A stretch of DNA of 64,000 bases from Candidatus Poribacteria bacterium (GTDB lineage Bacteria > Poribacteria > WGA-4E > PCPOR2b): positions 4,800,001 to 4,864,000 of the forward strand of contig OZ240245.1 of the NCBI GenBank assembly GCA_965198175.1, in the 5' to 3' direction. The translations under genes were made by a program, and so were the position numbers. The notes beneath the pieces are model-generated. The model worked only from the letters and a program-made list of their open reading frames with translations. It was not told the DNA's origin and searched no databases. Below are positions 20,199 to 29,221 of the stretch, in pieces. Positions within the stretch are counted from its first letter, which is position 1. Each line of letters starts with the position of its first letter.

Positions 20199-20885
20199 TC
20201 ATCTATGACTGGTTTTGATCTTGCCCCAAGTGGTTGTCAGCTTTCCCTCTGGCTCAACAGCTTCACCCTTATCCAGCGGGATGCCCGGTCCAGCGACACG
20301 GACATTATCGAAGTAAACGTCTTCAGTGAATGTCGTGAAAGAAATGGTGCCATTCTCCCAACTCCCGTCTCTGATGACAAGCATCTTTTCACCATTCCAC
20401 CACGATTGGATCTCCTTCCCTTCGACGACCATCTTCAATTGATTCCATTCGTCTACTTTGGGAACTGGCCAGGCATCTCTTTGGGCTATACCTCTGTTCG
20501 CATTACAGTCCCAGCCAGTTGCGACGTAGACCATGATTTCTTTCTCGATCTCAGGATAGACCCACGTAAAGTAGCTCTCGCCCGTTTCGGGATTCAGCCG
20601 CGCACGGATGCCTCCCGGCCAATCATTAAGATTGGTGAGCTTCATGTCAACTTCGAATTCGTAGTCCGTCCATTCCACGCCACCTTCGTAATACAGAGCA
20701 GCCCCGCAAATCCCACTTCCACCTTTATACTTAAGTTCCCCGTTTTTGACCTTCCAATTTCCTGACTGAACCTTCCAGCCATCCAAATTGCCATCATCGA
20801 AATCATCAATAAACGCACGACTTGACGGCGCAGCAACATATAACAATAAGAGCGCCGAAATCATACCAACGGTCCCCTTCATCAT
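20199..20885 (-). CDS. Secreted DUF1080/concanavalin-like domain protein with C-terminal KLTTTWG tail (copy B)
   Basis: Sec signal peptide, DDFDDGNLDGW, WTDYEFEVD, VYFDNVRV, ends AVEPEGKLTTTWGKIKTSHR. Confidence 0.7.
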   Translation of the reverse strand: MMKGTVGMISALLLLYVAAPSSRAFIDDFDDGNLDGWKVQSGNWKVKNGELKYKGGSGICGAALYYEGGVEWTDYEFEVDMKLTNLNDWPGGIRARLNPETGESYFTWVYPEIEKEIMVYVATGWDCNANRGIAQRDAWPVPKVDEWNQLKMVVEGKEIQSWWNGEKMLVIRDGSWENGTISFTTFTEDVYFDNVRVAGPGIPLDKGEAVEPEGKLTTTWGKIKTSHR

Positions 20886-20922
20886 GCCTGCCTCCCAATG
20901 TAGAGGTATTGAGAATTTGAAA

Positions 20923-20989
20923 TGTCACGGTGTTAGAATTTAACGTTGTGAAACTCCCAGTATTATATTTTACCCTCGGATATTGTCAA
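20923..20989 (-). promoter_or_regulatory. Consensus sigma70 promoter plus downstream palindrome (copy 1)
   Basis: TTGACA-N16-TATAAT on minus strand, imperfect inverted repeat 20923-20953. Confidence 0.65.
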
Positions 20990-21096
20990 GAAACTAAGAC
21001 AGTATTAGGTGTTTAGGCACAAATTCTTACATAGCTTTCAAACGCCAATATTCGATGTTGAAGCTTCAGCCGGTGTAGAATGAAACCAGACATGCG

Positions 21097-22116
21097 CTAC
21101 GACTCCACTTCCTGGGCAATCACCAGCATGGTGTCTCCTTTCTTGACGGGCGCCTTATATGTCTGAAGCAGCAGATATCCGCTACGAGGCGCGTGAATTT
21201 CCAGCGGCGGACTGCCGACCCGGTCAAAATCGTAGAGCCGACCGACCCGTTGTCCCGTTTCCACTGGACTGCCGACCTTGTAGATTGGCTCGTAAACACC
21301 GGTGATTGGTGCCGGGATGTATTCGTCGAGGTTCGTCGCTGCCACGAGCTTGGGCGGCGTGCCCCGATACGGGTCAATCCGCTTAATCTCTCCGGGCAAG
21401 ATCTGGTAGTGATGCAGCACGTTTTTTATGCCTTGATAAGCGTGCTGCAAACCCTGATGCAAAACCCCGGCTGAATGCCCGAACTCGCCGCCGATAGTGA
21501 TTTTGCCCATGGCTTCCGCTTCATTGGTCAACAGCCCATTAGCCATCTCACTGGAATAGATCAGGATAAAGGGGGTATCGAACAAGCTGGCGACGCATTT
21601 CATCTCGGCGTATTGTTTGGGGTCGTCAATCTGGTGAAACGAGGAACACAGCGCAAACTCCGGCCCCTCGCCCGCTGCGTGAATGTCAAGCACAATATCG
21701 ACCCGCGGAAAAATTTTCGACGTGACAAAATGGGCAATTCGATACGTCAAGCTGCCTTTCGGATCGCCGGGGAAAGCACGGTTCATGTTCACGCCATCTC
21801 GCAGCGATTCGCGGGTGCCCGTTTCGCAGGCGGGCACGTTCAGGCGAGGAATCAGGATGACCCGTCCGCTCATCTCCGCTGGATCGAGTTCGTGCATCAG
21901 CCGCCAGACCGCAACCTGGCCCTCATACTCATTGCCATGAGTTCCGCCGAAACAGACGACACTTTTGCCCGGTCCTGCCGTGCCGTTAATCACCGTCATC
22001 GGAACCAAAGTATTGCCCCACGTCCCGTCGTAGTGAAAGCCGACTTCGTACATTGATTTCCCTAGTCGTTCAAAATCGATCACATTGGGATCGTGAATCG
22101 TTGTGACATCGTTCAT
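21097..22116 (-). CDS. Succinylglutamate desuccinylase/aspartoacylase family protein (M14-like)
   Basis: GGTHGNEYEG, NMNRAFPG, LDIHA, C-terminal biotinyl-like hybrid domain. Confidence 0.9.
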   Translation of the reverse strand: MNDVTTIHDPNVIDFERLGKSMYEVGFHYDGTWGNTLVPMTVINGTAGPGKSVVCFGGTHGNEYEGQVAVWRLMHELDPAEMSGRVILIPRLNVPACETGTRESLRDGVNMNRAFPGDPKGSLTYRIAHFVTSKIFPRVDIVLDIHAAGEGPEFALCSSFHQIDDPKQYAEMKCVASLFDTPFILIYSSEMANGLLTNEAEAMGKITIGGEFGHSAGVLHQGLQHAYQGIKNVLHHYQILPGEIKRIDPYRGTPPKLVAATNLDEYIPAPITGVYEPIYKVGSPVETGQRVGRLYDFDRVGSPPLEIHAPRSGYLLLQTYKAPVKKGDTMLVIAQEVES

Positions 22117-22205
22117 GTCTTGAATATCTCCTCATGGAAATCATCATGGGCTTAGGATGGGATGAATCATCACCCGACTTATGTTTTACGCATCACGTCT
22201 CACGC

Positions 22206-23380
22206 TCAGTTTACTCGATGCGCCTCAACGAATTCAACATCAACCTCCACACCGAGACCGGGGCCATCGGGAATTGACACCGTCCCGTCGTCGTTGAGCG
22301 TTAATGCACCGCCGCACACCCCGCGTGTGAGTTCGCTCTGGGCAACGTTGAACTCGACGAACTTCGCTCGTGGCAACATCGCGATTGGGTGGAGACTGTA
22401 CGCATGCAACAAGTCGGTCAGCCATGAGTGCGGCACCAGATCGAGGTTCGCCGCATCAACCATCTGAGCAACACGCTTGGCGACAGACAATCCGCCACAC
22501 CGGGGCAGGTTTGGTTGCACAATGTCTACGCAGCCCATGTCGATAAACCGCTGCAAGTCCCACACGGTGGCAACCTGTTCCCCCGAAGCGAGCGGTACTG
22601 GACTGTGCTTACGTACGTAGGCATGCTCATCAAAGCGTTCGGGGTGAATGAAATCCTCAACCCAGCCAGGCTTGTAAGGCGCGACCCGCTCGCAGAGCGC
22701 CAAGTTCTCCTCCCTACTCCGCAAACGATAGGGGTCTTTCCAGCCCGCACCGCACCAGCCCGGATCTATCAGTAAGTGCCTATCGGGTCCCATCACTTCG
22801 CGGATGGCGGCGAGGATTTCCACGTCGCGCCCTGGGTCTTCACCAAACACACCCCACCCGAATTTCACTGCGTGAAAGCCGCGCTCGATATAGCCACGAG
22901 CGGCTTCGGCGTTGGCTTCAGGCGCATCGCGGAAAAGCGTGGACGCGTACGCCACAACGCGATCACGACGTCGCCCGCCCAGCAACTGACACAGCGGCAT
23001 ATTCGCCCCTTGAGCACGAATCAACCAGAGGCAGTTGTCAATCGCGGAAATGCACTGCATTGCGATACCGCGACGACCATAATACGCGCTCCCGACGTAG
23101 AGCACTTCCCAGAGGCGTTCGACCTCAAGCACATCCTCGCCGATCAGCAGATCCCTCAAGGTGCGAAAGCCGAGTAGGCTCATGCCCTGTCCTGAAATAA
23201 CTGAAACCGCTGCTGGTGCAAGCGTTTCGGCGTCTGACCAACCCCTCACTCCCTCGTCAGTGCTGACCTTGACGAGCATCTGCCAGTCGCCCTGATCGAC
23301 CGCCTCGCCATCATCGGTGGATGTTTGGTACACGTCTGACTGCCCTTAAGCAAGATGGCTTCAACATCGTTAATTTTCAT
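22206..23380 (-). pseudogene. Mandelate racemase/muconate lactonizing enzyme family protein, frameshifted near 5' end
   Basis: MKINDVEAILLKG start at 23380 is out of frame with the 22206-23333 ORF (VKVSTDEG, KFGWG, ASGEQ, PDGPGLGVEVD). Confidence 0.8.
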
Positions 23381-23528
23381 TACATGACTTCAAATTCCCA
23401 TACTATTTGAGAGAAGAATCTTGTACAATTTCTACCGGTGATGTAGAAATTTACAAATGGATTAATTGTTTAATATGACGCCCAGATGCTTCGAAGTTCG
23501 CTCGATGCTATTCATCTATGACCGACCT

Positions 23529-25943
23529 TCATAGGATTTTCAGCGTTTCACCCGGTCTTGTTTCGAATGTCTTGCCGTTGATGATGACTTTGGACATCCC
23601 TGCCTTCGGTGGAACATGGAGGGTGACCCGCTTGGGTTTATGTCTGAACCGCGGAACAAACGATACCTCAAGGCTTGTGCCGTTCTCCACCAACTGGAAC
23701 ATCAGTGTCAGGGGGCCGAACGTCGTTGGCATGTTCACGAACCGTGTTTGCTCTTCTTCTTTCAGCCAAGCCAAAGGACATAGTCGTAGAAGATGCAACT
23801 CCTCATCGGGTTTCAGAAGATCGTCTATCACAGCCAGCCTTGCCAAATATGCCGCCGGCGCTGCTGAGAAAACGTTGCCGGTGACTCCTCCACGCATTTC
23901 GCAGGAGATATAGGTCTGACGCGATAGACCGCTGGCAAACAGACTGTACATGCCCTCCAAGAATCGGGGCCTGTCGCCCAGTTGATGCGAGTGGAATATG
24001 TTCCAACTGTAGCAAGGCTCGCACGTATTCGTTTCGAAAATCAGGCAAGGCGGCTGAGTGTAGTATCCACGGTACAAATCGACCGCCTGTCGCTCACGGA
24101 AGAACTGGCACATTGACCGCATCAAAGGATGGTCTGCCTCCATCAGTCCGGCAAAGACCAAGAACAGCGGGCCGGTATCCAGATAGATCATCTCGTCGAA
24201 ATGGGGCACTGCGCCGGCAAAGGCGCCCGGAACGTAGTGATGTGCTTGACCCGCGCTGTCGGTCCATACAGGACTTTTCTCCGTATGCTCCCGTAAAGCT
24301 TTGACAAATACATCCTTATAGTCCTCGGCTTCTTCGGCAAATTCGTGAGCACGGGGATGGTCGATCCGCTTTAGCAAACGGACCGCGGTGGTGAGCCCCA
24401 GATAACACCAACCATCTGCCCAGATAGATTGCATCTGCCGTTGGCTGTCTGTGTCCACTCCCATCGGCAAGAGTCCTTCCACGCCGCCGTGTCCGGTAAT
24501 CGCACGGGCATCATGGATGAACTCACATGCCTTTAAGATCGAGTCAAGCCAGAAATTGATGAAGCCCTGGTCGGCTGTCAGGAGACCATGATTGCAGACC
24601 GTATGAAGGATCGCTCCATGATCGGACATCCAATCGATGACGGCAACACTTTTCGGAGCGCACAAGTAGCCCGGATGGTAATCGTAGTAGTTGACGGCGT
24701 TCTCCGAATCAGCTCTTCCAGTGCCCGGCGGCAAGCGGGTCCCCTGCGATTCCTTGAGGACCTCTAGATGTTCTGCGACAAAGTCGTGATAGCCCATCAC
24801 GTCAAGCAACATGTGGACGTAAAGCAATGTCGGCGTGGGCCAGAGCTGCTCGTAGTTTAGCGTACCGGTGAGAAAGGTACATCGCCCGGTTGTGGGATTC
24901 GTCTCCGTACATAGCTTCACAAACTTTACACTGTGGTGAATTGAGTGGTTGACCAACTTCTCAGGCGTCTCGATTTTTGCCGCAGTGGCAGGAACCTCCG
25001 ACCAGTATCGATTGCTCTCCACAAGGGCTCCGTCATAACCGAGGTTTATTTCAGCGTCAAAATCGACTGGAGCTGTCGGTAGGAAAGGCAGAAGCAAATC
25101 CAGATGCGCACCCTTCTGCGCCGGCATGCCTACAAAGAGCAGGTTGGACTGATCTTGCTCATTTCTGGGTAGAAAGCGGACATCACAGTTCTGCCCACTC
25201 ACAACCGTCAGGCGGATTCTCCCGTCCGGCTCTACGAGCCTGAAACCTCGCTCTTCCTCATCCCCAGCAGCATCCATCCTCAGTTCTCGAGGATAAGCCA
25301 GCTGCTTCGGATTCACGTGGAGGATCCCTCCTGCTCCGGATAAGGTATGGCTGGCGTTGAGAATTATCAGAAAACCGTATGTCTCAAACGGGTTCTGATC
25401 AGCCACATCGTGAATTGACAGGCGAATCCAGCAGAAAAGCGGCTCAATCCCTGTCTCTACTTCTCCACCGCCGGGAACGTGGGCAAAGATTTCTTGGCGC
25501 AGCACCAGCCCTTCACGTCTCCACTCGCTCCACAGAAGCGGAGCCGGTGTTTCGTTCCAGCCCTGGTTGCCGAGTTGAGGCGCTCTGCCGGCATACGGAA
25601 ACGTCGTTTCTGCGTATCCATGTGTGGAGAGGTTTATCGCTCCCAATCCCAAACTAGGAGAGGGCAACGGTATGAAGGTGAGTTGTACGCCCTGACCGGC
25701 ATACGGTTTGACGTGCGGTTTCAACTGGCCCACAGGGCTCACCACCGGATGGGCGATGATCGCACCGTCATAGACGACATTGAACCGGAACAGATGTGAG
25801 GGCCACCCAATAGGCGTCCAAACATTTGTGATGTCCGGCCACCAGTTACAGGCGATATCGGCATTGGGCTCGACGGTTTCTCTATCCTCTGGACTGCCGT
25901 CCGCTGCGAATCCGGACACCTGGTCTGGGTATACGTTTCTCAC
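23529..25943 (-). CDS. Large hypothetical protein, probable six-hairpin glycosidase-like (copy A')
   Basis: Paralog of 17686-20067; GTG at 25943 preceded by AAGGAGA. Confidence 0.6.
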   Translation of the reverse strand: MRNVYPDQVSGFAADGSPEDRETVEPNADIACNWWPDITNVWTPIGWPSHLFRFNVVYDGAIIAHPVVSPVGQLKPHVKPYAGQGVQLTFIPLPSPSLGLGAINLSTHGYAETTFPYAGRAPQLGNQGWNETPAPLLWSEWRREGLVLRQEIFAHVPGGGEVETGIEPLFCWIRLSIHDVADQNPFETYGFLIILNASHTLSGAGGILHVNPKQLAYPRELRMDAAGDEEERGFRLVEPDGRIRLTVVSGQNCDVRFLPRNEQDQSNLLFVGMPAQKGAHLDLLLPFLPTAPVDFDAEINLGYDGALVESNRYWSEVPATAAKIETPEKLVNHSIHHSVKFVKLCTETNPTTGRCTFLTGTLNYEQLWPTPTLLYVHMLLDVMGYHDFVAEHLEVLKESQGTRLPPGTGRADSENAVNYYDYHPGYLCAPKSVAVIDWMSDHGAILHTVCNHGLLTADQGFINFWLDSILKACEFIHDARAITGHGGVEGLLPMGVDTDSQRQMQSIWADGWCYLGLTTAVRLLKRIDHPRAHEFAEEAEDYKDVFVKALREHTEKSPVWTDSAGQAHHYVPGAFAGAVPHFDEMIYLDTGPLFLVFAGLMEADHPLMRSMCQFFRERQAVDLYRGYYTQPPCLIFETNTCEPCYSWNIFHSHQLGDRPRFLEGMYSLFASGLSRQTYISCEMRGGVTGNVFSAAPAAYLARLAVIDDLLKPDEELHLLRLCPLAWLKEEEQTRFVNMPTTFGPLTLMFQLVENGTSLEVSFVPRFRHKPKRVTLHVPPKAGMSKVIINGKTFETRPGETLKIL

Positions 25944-26217
25944 GGTTGATTCTCCTTGTGCGGGACATCCGGCATCTTGGGCCGCTCTCTGTCCGGGAAA
26001 CTGTGAAAGCAAAGGCACGCGTCTCACCGGCAGGACTCGACACGGGAGTCCATGGTTGCGGCAGGCGTTCTAAAAACCGGTCGGCGTAAGAACCCTTACC
26101 TCTCCGCTCAATATCGCCGTCTCGCCAGTCGTCAGGGAATGAAACGTGCCGGTTGGTGGGAAAGATGAAGGGGGATACTAAGCGCGTGAGGAAGCTTCGG
26201 AGTTGGCTCGCTACTAT

Positions 26218-26901
26218 TTACCTATGACTGGATTTGAGCTTGCCCCAAGTGGTTGTCAACTTCCCTTCCGGCTCAACAGCTTCGCCCTTATCCAGCGGGA
26301 TGCCCGGTCCAGCGACACGGACATTATCGAAGAAAACATCTTCAGTGAACGTCGTGAAAGAAATGGTGCCCTTCTCCCAAGCCTTGTGTTCGATGGAAAG
26401 GAATTCCTCGCCATTCCACCACGATTGGATCTTCTTCCCTTCGACGACCATTTTCAATTGACCCCATTCACCTAATTCGGGAGGTTCCCAGGCATCTCTT
26501 TGGGCTATACCTCTGTTGTTATTACAGTTCCAGGCATCTGCGACGTAGACCATAATTGCGGTCTGAACTGGATAGACCCAGGTAAAGTAGCTCGCGCCCG
26601 TGTCCGGATTCACCCGCGCACGGATGCCGCCCGGCCAATCATTACGAGTGGTGAGCTTCATGTCAACTTCGAATTCGTAGTCCGTCCATTCTACGCCATC
26701 TTCGTAATACAGAGAAGCCCCACAAATTCCACTCCCGCCCTTATACTTAAGTTCCCCGCCTTTGACCTCCCAATCTCCTGACTGCACCTCCCAGCCATCC
26801 AAATTGCCATCATCGAAATCATCAATAAACGCACGGCTTGATGGCGCGGTGGCACATAACAAAAAGAGCGCCGAAAGCATACCAACGGTTCCCTTCATCA
26901 T
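26218..26901 (-). CDS. Secreted DUF1080/concanavalin-like domain protein with C-terminal KLTTTWG tail (copy B')
   Basis: Paralog of 20199-20885; ends AVEPEGKLTTTWGKLKSSHR. Confidence 0.7.
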   Translation of the reverse strand: MMKGTVGMLSALFLLCATAPSSRAFIDDFDDGNLDGWEVQSGDWEVKGGELKYKGGSGICGASLYYEDGVEWTDYEFEVDMKLTTRNDWPGGIRARVNPDTGASYFTWVYPVQTAIMVYVADAWNCNNNRGIAQRDAWEPPELGEWGQLKMVVEGKKIQSWWNGEEFLSIEHKAWEKGTISFTTFTEDVFFDNVRVAGPGIPLDKGEAVEPEGKLTTTWGKLKSSHR

Positions 26902-26938
26902 CGCTACTTCCTATAATAGAGGTATTGAGAATTTTAGA

Positions 26939-27006
26939 TTTCACGGCGTTAACATTTAACGATGTGAAACTCTCAGTATTATACTGGTACCCTCGGAGAT
27001 TGTCAA
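26939..27006 (-). promoter_or_regulatory. Consensus sigma70 promoter plus downstream palindrome (copy 2)
   Basis: TTGACA-N17-TATAAT; TTTCAC-GGCGTTAA-CAT-TTAACGAT-GTGAAA at 26939-26969. Confidence 0.7.
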
Positions 27007-27062
27007 GAAACTAAGACCTGGACACAGAATTAAGTGTCTGGACACAAATTCTAACATGACAT

Positions 27063-27371
27063 TCAAACGTCAATATTCTGCAGCACGGGCTCGGTCAGCA
27101 CACAGCCAACAGACACGCGCCGCATGACGTACTCGGCCGAATCGATGTCGTTGAAATTCACCTCATGGATTTGCCGCGGAATGCTCTGCGAGTTGCCGGC
27201 CGACAGCGGTAGGAAGGGATAATCGCGTCGAAGTTCTTGGCGTAAAGCGAAAAACTGTGCTATGATTTGCCATGTCGATACCTCCACCTCCTCTCTGATG
27301 AGCAAAATAAACGCATCACTATGCCTATTGGCCACTTCTGCCAGAAAGAGATTCATACAATCGGCTCCCAT
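27063..27371 (-). pseudogene. Gene debris: IS630-like transposase fragment fused to class III aminotransferase-like fragment
   Basis: CMNLFLAEVANRHSDAFILLI resembles IS630 transposases; NFNDIDSAEYVMRRVSVGCVLTEPVLQNI resembles HemL-like aminotransferases. Confidence 0.4.
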
Positions 27372-27404
27372 CGAAGGGCGAATCAGAAAATCACTGACCG
27401 ATCA

Positions 27405-29051
27405 ATGATTACCTTACCATTAATTCGCCATAGACAGTTGAATCAAGAACTTCTGCCACGGCTTATTTATGTTCTACCAATCTTAAGTTGTATCGGCTTG
27501 GCGGGGTGCAGCAGACATCAAACTGCAATTCCGACTGCTGAATTAAGGAGTTTCCTTCAGCCTCTGAAAACGGTTGGAGATTATGCCGGCTTCGACTCGA
27601 AAAAAAACGTGCTTTACATGGGGAATCGCTGGATTGAGCGTTGGATTGATTTGAACACAATTCAGACAATTCGCTACACGTACAAGCCTTCGCAGCAAAA
27701 TTACCTCGATTCGCCGAACGAGGAATTTCGGTTTCGGGTTGGGGAGATTATTTTTTCCGGAAATAGCAAGAAACTTACATATAATTCACATCGGATTGAG
27801 CAGAAATTTGGAGTGAGGCGGATCACAATTCAACTCACTTACATTTCAGAGTCACCGATTTTTGACCTGACAATCAACTATGAGATTTCTCCAGATTCGC
27901 CGGTTATTCGTAAGTGGTTAACGATTCAGAATCTTACGGATTCGGCGTTTTTTGTTGAGGATATAGAAATCGAACCCCTCTCGTTGCTCGGTGGGAATGC
28001 GAATAACCCCCAAATCTGGAGGTGTGGTATAACACAAGCACAGCCAGAAACTTGGGCAGGCGGTTCATCGGAGCCGTTCGTAATTGTTCAACCTGGGAAC
28101 ATCGAAGGCGGTATCGTGCTGGGAAATGAAAGCCCAGGCCTCCTCAAACACTACCGTGTCTACTCGGATCGGAATACGATATCAATCGCTCTAAAGCCAA
28201 AAACGGATGTGAACGGTGCTGAAATCCGGGTGCGTCCTAAAGAGACAGTGAATACGCCCAAAGTTTGGACGATGCTCTTTCAGGGTAATGTCCAAACCGT
28301 CGCTAGTGAGAAACTTAAGGGTTTTATGGCGGCCCCTCTCCTATCTACAAAGGAATTAACTACTCAATCCCCCCCAATCACATGGACGCAAATCAGTCCT
28401 GATAATCGTGTGCTAACGCAGACATTAAACGGAAATCTGATTATGGTCGATTATGACTGGAACATCAATAATCTACCGGGATTGAAGCAGATCAGCAAAC
28501 ATGTGCATGACGACGGCGGAAAGTTCGGTGTTCGAATCCCACTTGCTGAAATCGACAAAGCGTTTCTAAATAAACCCGCGTGGCAACTGAAGCCTACGCC
28601 GGGGCTTAATATAACGTCAAAAGATAAACAAGGAGAGGTAAGGAGAGGTAGAAACGCGGAAACAGAGGGAAAACTGGAAGAAAGAAAGGAGGTAACGCAA
28701 TTGGAAGAATCCGAAAACCAGCCCGCGATTTATTGTATTTTGAGCGATTACGGCTACTATCTCATACAAGCTGTTAAGGCGTTGCTCGAAGAAACCCGTG
28801 CGGATGTCCTTATTTTCGATCAGCCGGTACTCGGCGCCGAAGATAGCACCTTAAAAGGGTGCGGTGTATTCGGTCATGAACATTTCAGCCGCAGGGGGTC
28901 CATCGGCGGGATGTATCGCTGGATTTTTGAGTTCGCCGATAATTTGCATCAGGAGTACCCGCCTCTACAACTCGGAATTACAGCGGCAGCCTATGGCGTA
29001 GAGCGACCCGATATGGCGTGCTTTGCGCACTTCGATCTGTTTTTCAAATAA
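27405..29051 (+). CDS. Hypothetical lipoprotein, alpha-galactosidase (GH36)-like N-terminal region
   Basis: Lipobox LAGC; IRKWLTIQNLTD segment; ATG at 27405 preferred over ORF-track start 27267. Confidence 0.55.
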   Translation: MITLPLIRHRQLNQELLPRLIYVLPILSCIGLAGCSRHQTAIPTAELRSFLQPLKTVGDYAGFDSKKNVLYMGNRWIERWIDLNTIQTIRYTYKPSQQNYLDSPNEEFRFRVGEIIFSGNSKKLTYNSHRIEQKFGVRRITIQLTYISESPIFDLTINYEISPDSPVIRKWLTIQNLTDSAFFVEDIEIEPLSLLGGNANNPQIWRCGITQAQPETWAGGSSEPFVIVQPGNIEGGIVLGNESPGLLKHYRVYSDRNTISIALKPKTDVNGAEIRVRPKETVNTPKVWTMLFQGNVQTVASEKLKGFMAAPLLSTKELTTQSPPITWTQISPDNRVLTQTLNGNLIMVDYDWNINNLPGLKQISKHVHDDGGKFGVRIPLAEIDKAFLNKPAWQLKPTPGLNITSKDKQGEVRRGRNAETEGKLEERKEVTQLEESENQPAIYCILSDYGYYLIQAVKALLEETRADVLIFDQPVLGAEDSTLKGCGVFGHEHFSRRGSIGGMYRWIFEFADNLHQEYPPLQLGITAAAYGVERPDMACFAHFDLFFK

Positions 29052-29221
29052 CATCATAGTACTCAGGATAAAGTGAAACGGCAGAATAATTGATGGATGT
29101 AGGAAATGATAATCAGACGCCCTTGTCATTCCCATGGTAACGCGAATCCATCTATCTCGCCAACTCATCATATGAGTTTTCCAGTCAGGATTCACTGTGG
29201 GCAGCATCAGTCAAAGGCGAC

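Larger units (their letters stand above)
17686..27080 (-). repeat. Imperfect segmental duplication (A/A', B/B' and intergenic modules)
   Basis: Direct comparison: 17686-20050 ~ 23529-25890; 20170-21052 ~ 26190-27078; 20055-20210 ~ 23368-23522. Confidence 0.9.

Noticed and set aside
23421..23456. AATTTCTAC-N7-GTAGAAATT hairpin resembling a Cas12a CRISPR repeat (second copy near 20108-20143)
   Set aside because: Only two copies, 3.3 kb apart, explained by the duplication; no spacers or cas genes
25944..26190. Possible riboswitch or N-terminal extension upstream of A'
   Set aside because: No recognisable aptamer; reads more like a coding remnant, and a good RBS favours the 25943 start
17686..26901. 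Diversity-generating retroelement or integron as cause of the paralog pairs
   Set aside because: No reverse transcriptase or integrase; differences are spread over whole genes and not evidently adenine-specific
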